Origin: Amphiscolops sp. MND2022
Taxonomy: Eukaryota
DNA length: 64,000 nucleotides
Assembly: GCA_964187785.1 (NCBI GenBank)
Contig: OZ076413.1
Coordinates: 48,424,001 to 48,488,000 of the forward strand
Direction of reading: 5' to 3'
Shown here: positions 46,710 through 57,900 of the stretch, one piece after another
Numbering within the stretch: the first letter of the stretch is position 1
Layout of the letters: each line of letters opens with the position of its first letter
The notes under the pieces: model-generated
Databases searched by the model: none
What the model was told of the DNA's origin: nothing
Seen by the model: only the letters and a program-made list of their open reading frames with translations
Position numbers and translations under genes: made by a program

Positions 46710-47406
46710 CTGCGGGTGTTAGGAAAAGTAAGATTCCTGCGTTCAAGCCATTTTCATAAGCCTCTCGTCGTAGGGCGGTAATGGAAGCGGGCTCACTGCT
46801 AGGTGTCGATCTTTGCATGTACCAGTTCACCTTTTCTGCTTTTATTTGATCTCTCGACTTGCCACATACCATGCAGCCTGTGTGCAAATTTTGGCTCACA
46901 TCCTGGTAAGGCTCGATATTTTGCACATGATAGGACGCATAGAAAGATCCAGAGGTTGACTGTGCAAGAGGGGTGTCAATGCTCGGTCCTCTTTCATGGT
47001 CAGGAGGAGACTGTGGGGACTCCAGAACGGGTAATACAGTTGCACAGAGCTCGACTTTTGATTTTCTTTGTTTTTTCGATGGGGCCAAGCACATTCCCTT
47101 GTTAAAATACTCGAATCCCAGTTTAGGGGTAGAGGGCTGAACAGGCCATGCACTGCTTGGTCCAGCTGTCATCTCGTCATCTAAATCTTCCGTCGTCATC
47201 CCGCGTCTCGCTATAGGGATTGGAGCTGCTTTCACCTCTCGTTCTATTCTTTCTATGATCTCTTCTGTATCCGTGGACCAGTCTGAGTCCCAGGAACTTG
47301 AGACTTCATTCTCACTGTCACTTGAGATGTAGATAACTGAATCCACTGAACTTTCTGGGTCTTCTTCAAGATCAAAGAGCTTTTTAGTTAGGTTATACCT
47401 CTGCAC
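46621..47406 (-). CDS. ORF3 of family C (261 aa; SSWDSDWSTD motif and H..CMVC), reading into the LTR
   Basis: Open frame; mirrored at 49243..50027; diverged homologue at 13956. The true start is uncertain. Confidence 0.7.
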   Translation of the reverse strand: MQRYNLTKKLFDLEEDPESSVDSVIYISSDSENEVSSSWDSDWSTDTEEIIERIEREVKAAPIPIARRGMTTEDLDDEMTAGPSSAWPVQPSTPKLGFEYFNKGMCLAPSKKQRKSKVELCATVLPVLESPQSPPDHERGPSIDTPLAQSTSGSFYASYHVQNIEPYQDVSQNLHTGCMVCGKSRDQIKAEKVNWYMQRSTPSSEPASITALRREAYENGLNAGILLFLTPAVSQAAACDGTRITTTAEGQEIAAGTLPIY

Positions 47407-49242
47407 TATGAGTTTCTTAGCAATTTTGCTGATTGGGAAAGTTAACTAGCTTGAGTGAGATTTCAAAGTGGAATGAATTTACCAACTCAAAATTTTAGTC
47501 GACTCGGGCCTTTTCCCGGCAATTCATTTTTGGCGGTCGAGTTATCGGTAAATTTCCCTGATCCGACGTAAACATTTCTGAATGGAATTTTATAAGTAGT
47601 CGGCATCCTTTGATAACTCAGTGTTTACCCCCCATCAGCACTATCACTCTGAGAGGTGTTAATGACGCTTGAGTTGTAAATATTATCTTCATCTGTTTCA
47701 AGTGGGTAATTAACGGTTTGCCTCCTGTCACCATGTCATGAACATTACGATGTATTCTATCACCTTGTTCATTATTGAGGGTAGTTCTAGTTTTCGCGTT
47801 ATACTTAACTTCGGAATAACTTTCCGGTCTCTCGTCGGATCTCTCCCATCCTCTTCCAGTCTCTTGTTCTCCTCTCTCAGAGTTCTCCGCAGTATGTCCC
47901 TCTGATTGCTGTTAGGCCTGTTCGAGGAGCTGAAGCTTTTCGTCGGCATGAGATGTTACGTCGACGTTGCTGTCTGTACTGCTGGGAGACCTTGGTGGCT
48001 TTATTGGAGGAAAAGGAGGAGGAGACAATTGTGATCCACGGACGGTGGAGGACGTACCCACAGAAACAATCGTTTGTGTATGTTGGTCTGGAATGTCCGC
48101 TGCAGAGAGGTTTGTGTTTGCGGTTCGTCTCCTGGCTGGTTTGCTAAACAAAAGGAGATGAAATTTGGCGGTGAGCTTCCTTGAAAAAAATCCATTTTAC
48201 CGCATTAGAAAACTTCCGGAAGTGTTTGAAAATCTGAACGAAACGTGTTATCACGCGTTTACTAATGGAAACAGGAAGCATATTGTGAACGGATTTAACC
48301 CTGATCAAGTTAAATTTTAGTTCGGAATAAAAACAAACCAACCTTCAGAAGAAGACATCCTGGGACTGAATTGGATGTGGGAACGAGTCCTTGTCCGGCT
48401 GTAGAAGTTGATGGATATGGCCGAAAACGGCTGGAGAAGGGGATCAAGGGTTGCTCTGGGACGAAGAATCGGCTAAGAAGTGACGCGCGCGGGAAAACGA
48501 GTATCAGTCGAGAGGAAACAAATGGAAGATAATCAGAATTGAAATGGAATTAAAATTGGGTAGAAGAATTGAAGAAATTGGAAAGTTGGAGTTCGTGGCT
48601 GAAGATTACTACCAGACTAATATTATGGATTATCTACATATTTATTCTGTACATGGAGTCTGCCAGCGAAGTGTACAAAGAACTTTATTATTTACAGCTT
48701 ATTTAGTTAGAGGCCGGTTATGGCCGTTTACCCTGTTTTGTTTTGCCGTTTTGTCCAGTTACCCTAGTTACCCTTAGCTAGAATTTTCGCCATCTTGAAT
48801 TATTTGGATTTATTAGTTTCGCCATTTTTTATTATTTAATTTTACAACTTATCGAAGCTTAACACTGATTGGCTGAAGTCATTTTGAAAGAATTCCGCGT
48901 CGCGTGTCGTTAATTGCTATCAGGCAAACCGTTAATTACCCACTTGAAACGGATGAAGATAATATTTACAACTCAAGCGTCATTAACACCTCTCAGAGTG
49001 ATGGTGCTGATGGGGGGGGGGTAAACACTGAGTTATCAAAGGATGCCGACTACTTATAAAATTCCATTCAGAAATGTTTACGTCGGATCAGGGCAATTTA
49101 CCGATAACTCGACCGCCGAAAACGAATTGCCGGGAAAAGGACCGAGTCGACTAAAATTTTGAGTTGGTAAATTCATTCCACTTTGAAATCTCACTCAAGC
49201 TAGTTAACTTTCCCAATCAGCAAAATTGCTAAGAAACTCAAA

Positions 49243-50027
49243 ATGCAGAGGTATAACCTAACTAAAAAGCTCTTTGATCTTGAAGAAGACCCAGAAAGTT
49301 CAGTGGATTCAGTTATCTACATCTCAAGTGACAGTGAGAATGAAGTCTCAAGTTCCTGGGACTCAGACTGGTCCACGGATACAGAAGAGATCATAGAAAG
49401 AATAGAACGAGAGGTGAAAGCAGCTCCAATCCCTATAGCGAGACGCGGGATGACGACGGAAGATTTAGATGACGAGATGACAGCTGGACCAAGCAGTGCA
49501 TGGCCTGTTCCGCCCTCTACCCCTAAACTGGGATTCGAGTATTTTAACAAGGAAATGTGCTTGGCCCCATCGAAAAAACAAAGAAAATCAAAAGTCGAGC
49601 TCTGTGCAACTGTATTACCCGTTCTGGAGTCCCCACAGTCTCCTCCTGACCATGAAAGAGGACCGAGCATTGACACCCCTCTTGCGCAGTCAACCTCTGG
49701 ATCTTTCTATGCGTCCTATCATGTGCAAAATATCGAGCCTTACCAGGATGTGAGCCAAAATTTGCACACAGGCTGTATGGTATGTGGCAAGTCGAGAGAT
49801 CAAATAATGCAGAAAAGGTGAACTGGTACATGCAAAGATCGACACCTAGCAGTGAGCCCGCTTATATTACCGCCCTACGACGAGAGGCTTATGAAAATGG
49901 CTTGAACGCAGGAAGCTTACTTTTCCTAACAACCGCAGTGTCGCAGGCTGCCGCCTTTGATGGTACAAGGATCACTACTACCGCAGAAGGACAGGAAATA
50001 GCGGCCGGAACTCTACCAATATATTAG
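49243..50027 (+). pseudogene. ORF3 of family C, right-arm copy with a 1-bp frameshift near 49807
   Basis: ORFs 49243..49821 and 49782..50027 together equal 46621..47406. Confidence 0.8.
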
Positions 50028-51877
50028 AGGTAAACATTAAAAACACAAACTTTGCTATTATTTTTTAGTCAACAAGTTGTACCTGTTATCGTTGCGAATT
50101 TTACACTTAGTATATAGTTTGTTGATATTAGTCCGTTAATGCCAACATTTGAAAATTCAGATGCTGTATTGATAATTGTAAGAGCTAGAAGTGCAGTATA
50201 AACACGCTGTTGTAGCAATAGATAGGCAGCTAGAAAGCGTAAAGGAAACGAGTTCAAGTGAACGTAACTCCAATTCTGGAGACGTCACTTGAGCTCAACC
50301 TGTTAGCCAATCATATTCATCCATTTGAGTAATAGTAGTGCTGTATTTAATTAATGGCCGGTTTAGGCCATATGCCGGAATTTCACCTTTATCTATTGGC
50401 GCTTTAGTCAAACGGCCGGTTCCGGCCTTAAATGTTCAGATGAAAGAATATTTATGCGAGCACTGTTGTGTTTCGTTTAATAGTAGTCTAATCACGTTGC
50501 TGTACAAATTAAACGTTCATTTTAGCTAATTGGCGCTTTATTTTATCCATTCCAATATCAGGCCGAATAAGGCCATTTGCCTGACTTCTATCCTCTGTTG
50601 CTGTGACCAATTGGACAGTGGCCGGGTGAGGCCCCTTTTCAATACTATTATTCAGATGCTAATTACAATCATTTAGTGTACTTTAAATGTCATGTATAAT
50701 TACAAGTACGTCGCAAAGACTCATGTAACTTTTGAAATTAATTGGTGTAATCAATACCAATGTATGATGTTGCTACCAATATTAGTCCAAAGGACATGTC
50801 TGACCATATTTACTAGTTGACACGTGGAATCTGTGTGCATATTATATAAAGGAAATATGTGCTGTTACATGTAACATTGCTGTATACAAGTTGATCTAGC
50901 CTGCTAACGGGGCACGTGCCGACACGAGATTGTCAGCATTCCTGAAATATTAGCGGCGTAAACATTTTAATCGATGCTATTTGATGTACCGTGTGCCTTT
51001 TGAATACTTGTTATAGTTGTCAAAACAGGAATTTGATCGGCCGCGTGACCTTATGATCACGATTCGGCGGCACTTTGATGCTAGCATAGTCGAGTTAAGT
51101 CAGGTGCTTTCGGAATGTGTTTGTAACATTTTTTGGCTGTTTGCATCATGTTTATCCCGCCCAAGGAAGTGTATATAGGGGCAACTTCCTTTGGGTGGAC
51201 ACAATTTTGTTTTGCTCCTAATATTCAGTTGATAACACTTTCCCGTTAACAATCATCAATTCTGTTTTCCGGTTTTAATAATTTAACTTTTCAACCCGGT
51301 TTAGTCTTAATGCCTACTACTAGAAAACAAAAGAAGGCAAGGAAATCTAGAGGATTAGAGATTCTCTCTGACATTGAAAACCTTGACATAATGTTAGGTG
51401 AAAATCACTTCAATGACATGAGGAGGGACGAAAGCCTCGATGGAACTTCCATTAGAAGGCAGGAAAGTGTTACAAGCAATAACTTAGAAAATGAGGAAAT
51501 GAATCTCCATTCTGATCATAGAAATCCCGAAACTGGGACTAGTGCCGGTTACGACCAAACCACAGCGAGTATAGATTCTCAAGCTGAGATCAATAAGTTA
51601 TCGTGTGAACTAAACTCTAGAATATCTAGGGAAATGGATGAGATGATGAACAGCGTTAGTTCTCAAATCCAGAGAGCCATAAGTGATGCCATCAATAACC
51701 AAGTTTTGCCACAAATTCAAAACGTTATTATGGCCGGTTCAGGACAAGAGACTAGAAGGGGATGGGAGAGATCCGACGAGAGACCGGAAAGTTATTCCGA
51801 AGTTCAGTATAACGCGAAAACTAGAACTACCCTCAATAATGAACACGGTGATAGAATACATCGTAATGTTCATGACA
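49939..51877 (+). repeat. Family C LTR (1939 bp), right arm; gag N-terminal ORF from 51310
   Basis: Reverse complement of 44771..46709 with scattered differences. Confidence 0.8.
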
Positions 51878-52173
51878 ATAGCACTGAATTATTATTATTA
51901 TTATTAACTGCACTAATAGCTCCGTACTTGTTGGTACGCTGTGTGTACGTATATATTCTTGTATAAATATATGTAATTATTAGTATTTATACATATATAA
52001 ATATAATTTTAGCTCCAAGCTGATTTAAAGTAATAATTTATAATAGCAATAAATTGGTTGTGTGTTAGTTATTTCACTTGCCTTTTCTTCTGTTTCGGTC
52101 TAATTCCAATTTCCTTCTTCGTAGACCGCGCTTATTGTGTGACAGGTTTCACAGCTTAGCTGGGGCTGTGACA
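51878..52173 (-). repeat. 5' LTR of B, outer part
   Basis: Matches ~30930..31228; followed by TSD CCCAC. Confidence 0.95.
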
Positions 52174-52866
52174 CCCACTTCTATTATTTTTGACAAGAAA
52201 TGAATCAACGCGATTTTGAAAATTATACGAAATGTTTCCAGATTCTGCTTCTCCCACGCGCACAAAATGGAAACACGATTAAGATTATTTCTGGTGCTAT
52301 GGTTGTATTAAAAAACTCTTCAACGCGAGTTTTAAGTGCCTGGTGACGGGTCCTGGTAACCCGGAGTACTTAGGGTTCGAAGTTCTCACTAGATTAAAAA
52401 ATTTTTTCAAGTTTGCAAAAGTTGATCGAAAATGAAAGGCTCTTCAGAAAACTTTCTCTTTTTACTGTCTTTTGCGACTCTTTTTGGAAATTTTTACAGC
52501 CAAATGTGTTAATGTTTTCAGTTGAGGAAAAGCATTTTCAAATCTTAAGGCTGAGTTTTCTGGCTATTTGTCGGTGCTGTGATTTTATTAGCAATTTTCT
52601 CAAAATTTTCTTGAGCATATTTGAAAACACTGCCTTTTTTGAGCCTTGTGCTCAATCATACCAAACCTTTTACTTCCAAGTTTCAAACATGTATGATTTA
52701 CACTTGAGCTAACTTCTTCCATATTTTTCGCAGATAATTCAAGGAGTTGATCGAATCAGTTGATTCGAATGTATTGTAATGAAAAAATGTTGATTGTATT
52801 GTTGTTTATTTAACCCCCCCCCCCCCCCGAACATCCCTAAACGTTTTCCCTTAAAAACTATCACCC

Positions 52867-53240
52867 TTACAGTAGGGTTATTAGACGCCACCAACTAAAC
52901 TTCTCAGCTCTCTTACCCGTTTGATGCAACTGTTGTTGAAGTGCAGAGCAATCTTCCTGTTTCTCCGAGAAAATTGAGCATTCTTGGGGGGACAAAAACT
53001 TGAGACTGGTCGTTGGGATGATTTGCAAATCCAATCCACACATCTTTTGATCAGAGCAGTAGACAGCTGATGAACCTGCATGGTACGCCATTTCCAAGCA
53101 CGCATCTTGAGACAGTCTATCAGTCACGTCACCCGAAATTTGGATGCTGTGTTCCAGTGTTATGCTGATTCCACATGCAGCAACTGAAACGCAAACCAAG
53201 TTTTTCTTTCAAGAATGACTCATACTGTTGCCCTCCATGA
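52867..53240 (-). pseudogene. Possible Cys-containing (PAN-like) host exon remnant
   Basis: Cys spacing (AC...YC...MC...EC) in a 110-aa ORF with an upstream stop; weak support. Confidence 0.25.
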
Positions 53241-53542
53241 TCAAAACGTTTTAATACGATACTTTACGAATTTTTGTACAGTACAAAAGTCTAAAAAAAT
53301 AACTACCGTATAATTTCAGAATGATTATAATTAGAATTCGAGAAACTGTGTGATCCCAGGCTGGTCAAAGACAAGCGTCAAACAACACGTTTATGGTTTC
53401 AAACTGATCATAGACTGAACCATGTTTGGTTCAGTCTATAGTCGGCATGATTCCATATATGTCATATCAGCATAAATATTCAGCTATTGCAAACAGCGCT
53501 GAAAGTGTCGAGTGATTATTAACACAAACACATGACCTTATT

Positions 53543-54927
53543 TGTCGCAGGCTGGCGCTTGCGACGGTACTTTTTACCAAATCCCGGCACAAAACAATAA
53601 TATCAATTCCCCGCTTTGCCTCTCTAAACCGTGAAAGACTTTAGGTACGGTCACATCAAATTTGTCACTTTAAAATTTGATCGCTTTTTGTTTTATTACT
53701 TCTTGAAATAATATGTGCCTGTTCAAATGTTGAAATGTTGCACATTAAATACGTGTTCAATAAATTTGAAAAGACAATTGAAAAGTTTGAAATGGTTGAT
53801 TGAGTAGCATGCAATTTTACTGTAAGAAGGAAACGCGTTCAAACATTCTACTACTGTAGCTAATTGTGCGCGCTGTCGAAACCCCACTCAACCAATCAGA
53901 GCTCAGCTCAAATATATTTTCTATAGCCGGACGGACTTAACGTCCATAACGGTGAAACTTCTGTGCATACTGTTTGCTCTCATATTAACACATATGAAGT
54001 GTTGTTATCGGTTTAATAAACATGTATATAGTAAGTATAAATCTCTCATTTAATTGTTGGACCAATAGGACTAACCGCCTTTTATACTTCTGTTTCCTTT
54101 AATGCCATTTATAACTTAACAAAGAAAAGACGTGGTGTTGATGTCACCCAAACGGAGCTTTTTTGATAAAACCCTACTTGTTATTTTTAGTAATATGACA
54201 CCCACAATTCTGGGTGTCATCAACTATTTACTATAAACTGCTGGGTCTGAAGGTACAGAATACTGAATTTGTGAAGTACAAAACAAACGCTGTTCATTCT
54301 ACGATTGACACTTGCTTAACTATTTTTCTTCAATATTGGTTGATCAATATTACTAGTTCTTCACAAAACTGTTGAAATAAACCGATTCCCAAATGCTCTC
54401 TTCTAGAAAGCAAAAGGATTAGGTAAAACGCTCTAGAAAATCAGACGTAATGTCTGATATGAAAAACGTGGATATAATGCAGGAGCTCTCCCAGAAATGA
54501 GGTAGATAGTCAATTAGATGACTAACTTGAGTATGATGAGCCACGAAGGAACATCAATCCAAATAGTGAAGAGTCTGGTCTCTATTGAATTCTAATAGTA
54601 GAGATAACAGTGAAATAACAATTAAGACAGCTTGAAAGATTAATAGTGAAAACACTAATCAAGTTACAAGAAACTTAGATGAAATCAAAGCAGTCCTAAA
54701 TTCCCAGCTACTAGCAGCTATAAAATCAACGACGTCCAAACAAGTCCTTCATTCTATTCAAAATACGCTTCGTTTACATGGTAGAGGGATACACGGGATT
54801 CCCGTAGTTAGGAATGCCAGGAAAACACGGCAAAACTGCCCCAAAGCGGGCTTTAAGTTAAGTAATCATCGTCACATGACTATTGAGAGTTCAGTAGACT
54901 CTCATTGTATTGAGCAAAATTACGACA
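53543..54927 (+). mobile_element. Old solo LTR related to family C
   Basis: Starts TGTCGCAGGCTGGCGCTTGCGACGGTAC (cf. 49939), ends TACGACA, flanks TTATT/GTATT. It contains a decayed gag N-terminus (SRKQK..RSRKSDVMSDMKNVDIM; LDEIKAVLNSQLLAAI..QVLHSIQN). Confidence 0.8.
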
Positions 54928-57900
54928 GTATTACTTCTGTGAAAAATGATAGGGAGAATCATACCTTTTTTCATATACCTTTTGTTTAAATTTTTCAGCA
55001 AATGTATTTCAGTAGAATATTCCAGTGAGGCTTTTTGATCACTTGATTTCATTTGGTCTGATAAATGTTATCGGTATGAATTAAACACAAAATAAAACAA
55101 AATGGCGAACACAGAGGGATCTTTTTCACTTTCTCGTCCTAGTAGGAGTTTTTCCTGCTTTCCGACCATGTTAAGCCCAGATCTAGGAAAAGCTTATGGG
55201 AGGGTCCTAGGTTTTTTATTGCTTTTCTCGAACATTTCAGGCTTTCTGTTAGCTGAATTCCTACGTTTCCTGCGTTTTTCCAGGGTCTGGTAAAAGAAAT
55301 AGACGTTTTTTTAGCAAAGTACCTTTTAGACCATTTTCATACCTGTCGAAAGTGACTAACCGGTTTATCCGCAATTTATTTGAACGGGCTCTGAAAACTC
55401 ATTTCAGCTCATTGTTAATGTACTGGACCTGTCTGGACAATTTGCGAAAACCCGTTGTTGTGGACGAGTTTTCGAGCTGGGTGCAGTCGTTAACACTTTT
55501 CGACCTTCTGACTGGCTACGACTACCCCAAGACTGTCTCCCCTTTGTGTTTTCCAGCCCCAGAGGTTTTTTCCAGGTCTCCTCTCACCTGTATTATCTGG
55601 GATAAGAACCCAGTGGGTTTTCTGATTTATTGCTGAAAAATTACAGCGAGATAGCCATAGCACCTTATATAGCTCGTTTTTCAATTTTGTTACTTTCGAA
55701 AACCAAAACTTTTCAGAAGAGGGTACATCCAGTGGGAATAGAATAAAAACGTTTCATTGGACCTATAAGGTCAGGAACAAAAAGATTTACCAGACCTAAT
55801 TGTGAAAAAACCAGAAAATTTAGCGAGTTTTGTTTAGGAAGACCTGAATTTGGTTTCAGAGACCTAATGTGATGACGGCGAAGCCCTGAGCGTTTTCGAC
55901 AGAGCATTTCGAGCCACCTAAAAACCTTTTTTGCGAGCCAATTATCATAAAACGCTATTGTCAAGCCGTTTTTCGAGGCCCTCCGACGAGATAATGAAAA
56001 AGTTACTAGCCAATAGCATTCTACTTTCAACAGCGGCTTTTCGGTAATTATTACTTTCGGAAACCTAAATTTCTCTGAAGAGGGTACGGCTTACATGGAA
56101 TGCTGTAAAAACGTTCCACTAGACCTATATCGCTAGGAACAAATCTTTATAACCCGCTAAATTACTTGCAAACCGAAAATTTTTTTGTTTAGGAAGACCC
56201 AAATTTGGCCTAACAGACCAAGTTTGGTGAGGGCCAAGCTTTAGGTGTTTGTTCCTATGTCTTCTGAAAGGCCTAGTAACGTTAGTTTAGTGCTTGGTAG
56301 TACGAAACACTACTATCAAGACGGTTTGTAGCCTCATTACGATGCATATGCCGCAAAAGTTGATTTTTCATTCAGTGTAAAGTGTATTTTCCGTCAAACG
56401 AGAGCAAAGCGTATTCTAGTCAAATAGTGAATTGTGTTCATTGCCGATTGTGATGCACAGTGTAACAAGAAATTGCGCATTGTGAATATTGAGCGTGAAG
56501 GTGTACAAAAGTCATTTACTGTATTTTGATCACCACGCGCAACACCAAATCACACAGTGTATCGAGCAAAACACGTAACGCGTATATAAAATAACATCGC
56601 TTTTTCATTGGCTGTTAATTGAATTAGCAAGATCTTGCTAGTTCGTTGCGGCATTTGTATTGTAATTCTTCCATTTATAACTTGCTTTAGTAGAGGACGC
56701 TATAGACCTGATTTGTAACAAAAAAAAACAGAAATATAACCTAAAACAACCCCAGTTCCCTATGATACGTTTTAAAAAACAATAACATTGCTGGTGAAAC
56801 AGCTCGTGAAGCCCAAGGGCTGTGTAATAAGTATTTCTTGGTGAAAAAGCGTACTTTTGGTTTTTATCCCAGAGTGCGAAAAAGTGCAATGTAAAATCTT
56901 TTTGAGACATCATTTGGAACCTACAAGAATTTGCTTGCCTTTTTTCTGTTAACATAGAATATATCGTTGCTAACGCAGAAAACCGCGAGTGATTCCAACC
57001 AGTGGTTGTCGAGAAGTAGCAAAAAACGTGTTGTTTTGCCATATTTTGGGAATCCTGTAATAGTGTTCCTGAGACAGGTCGAAATCTTTCCTTTTAAGAG
57101 CATCTCAAAACGAAGTGGCTTATCGTGTAGACCGTAAAAAGTTACGTTGGTGGTGTAATTTTCGCAGTGCTGCGCTAGTAATACTACTCTTTGAGAAATC
57201 TTAGCTGCAATTTTGCTCATAAATCGTGTGAATTTGACGCAAAAATCGAATCTTAATTGACCATCATAGTTTTGTTCTGGGCACCCCGTTATTTTGTTTT
57301 TCTGTTACGAGAGCATAATACACGCTCGCATACAAATTTTCAGGTAGCTAAGACGCCTGTAAAGAGAGTTTGACGAACATTGGTGAACTTCACAACATGG
57401 TCGACTTTTCTGATATCATTGTCAACTTGCCGCAATTCGCATCTGTCGATTTTCCGACGATTCATTCAGTGTAGTACACGGGGTGAAATTTTCAAGTCGG
57501 TAGTATCACCAGAAAGGATATTCACCATTCTCAGACGCGCGTTTTGACTAAAAAATAGCTGATGTTGGCGAATTTTGAAGAAAATGGCATACTTTTTGCT
57601 AACACAGCCTTTAGCAAACAACGCAATGGTCTCATTTTTACTCTAGACACTCGGGATACGGTTCACTGAAACATTTCATACAGCGTTTGGACAATTCCAA
57701 CATTCTTGGTTTGTCGAAAAACGTCCCATCAGACTTAGTAGTGAAAAACGCGATAACTGCGTTATTCCTTTTAACCGTAGCAAAGTCATCGGCGTGTATG
57801 TTTTTCAATGGGAAAGCACATACGCGGCACCCAGCGTGCCGTGAAAAAACTAGCACGCGTTTGGTGGCTTTTCAGAAGTTTGGACTTTGTACGCGGTGCA

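Larger units (their letters stand above)
44771..51877. mobile_element. 7.1-kb family-C-derived insert with inverted arms (44771..47723 / 48922..51877)
   Basis: Ends TGTCATG...CATGACA; 5-bp TSD ATAGC (44766-44770, 51878-51882); the empty site is visible in the other B LTR at ~30930; ORFs are mirrored on both arms. Confidence 0.9.
29051..52173 (-). mobile_element. Ty3/Gypsy LTR retrotransposon B, complete, with a 7.1-kb insert in its 5' LTR
   Basis: 5-bp TSD CCCAC (29046-29050, 52174-52178); LTRs 29051..31228 and 42924..44770 + 51878..52173; gag, pol, antisense gene and ORF3 present. Confidence 0.95.

Noticed and set aside
44771..51877. DIRS-like element (inverted LTRs) or Polinton
   Set aside because: No tyrosine recombinase, RT or polB is present; the TG..CA ends, 5-bp TSD and PBS tie it to the Gypsy clade.
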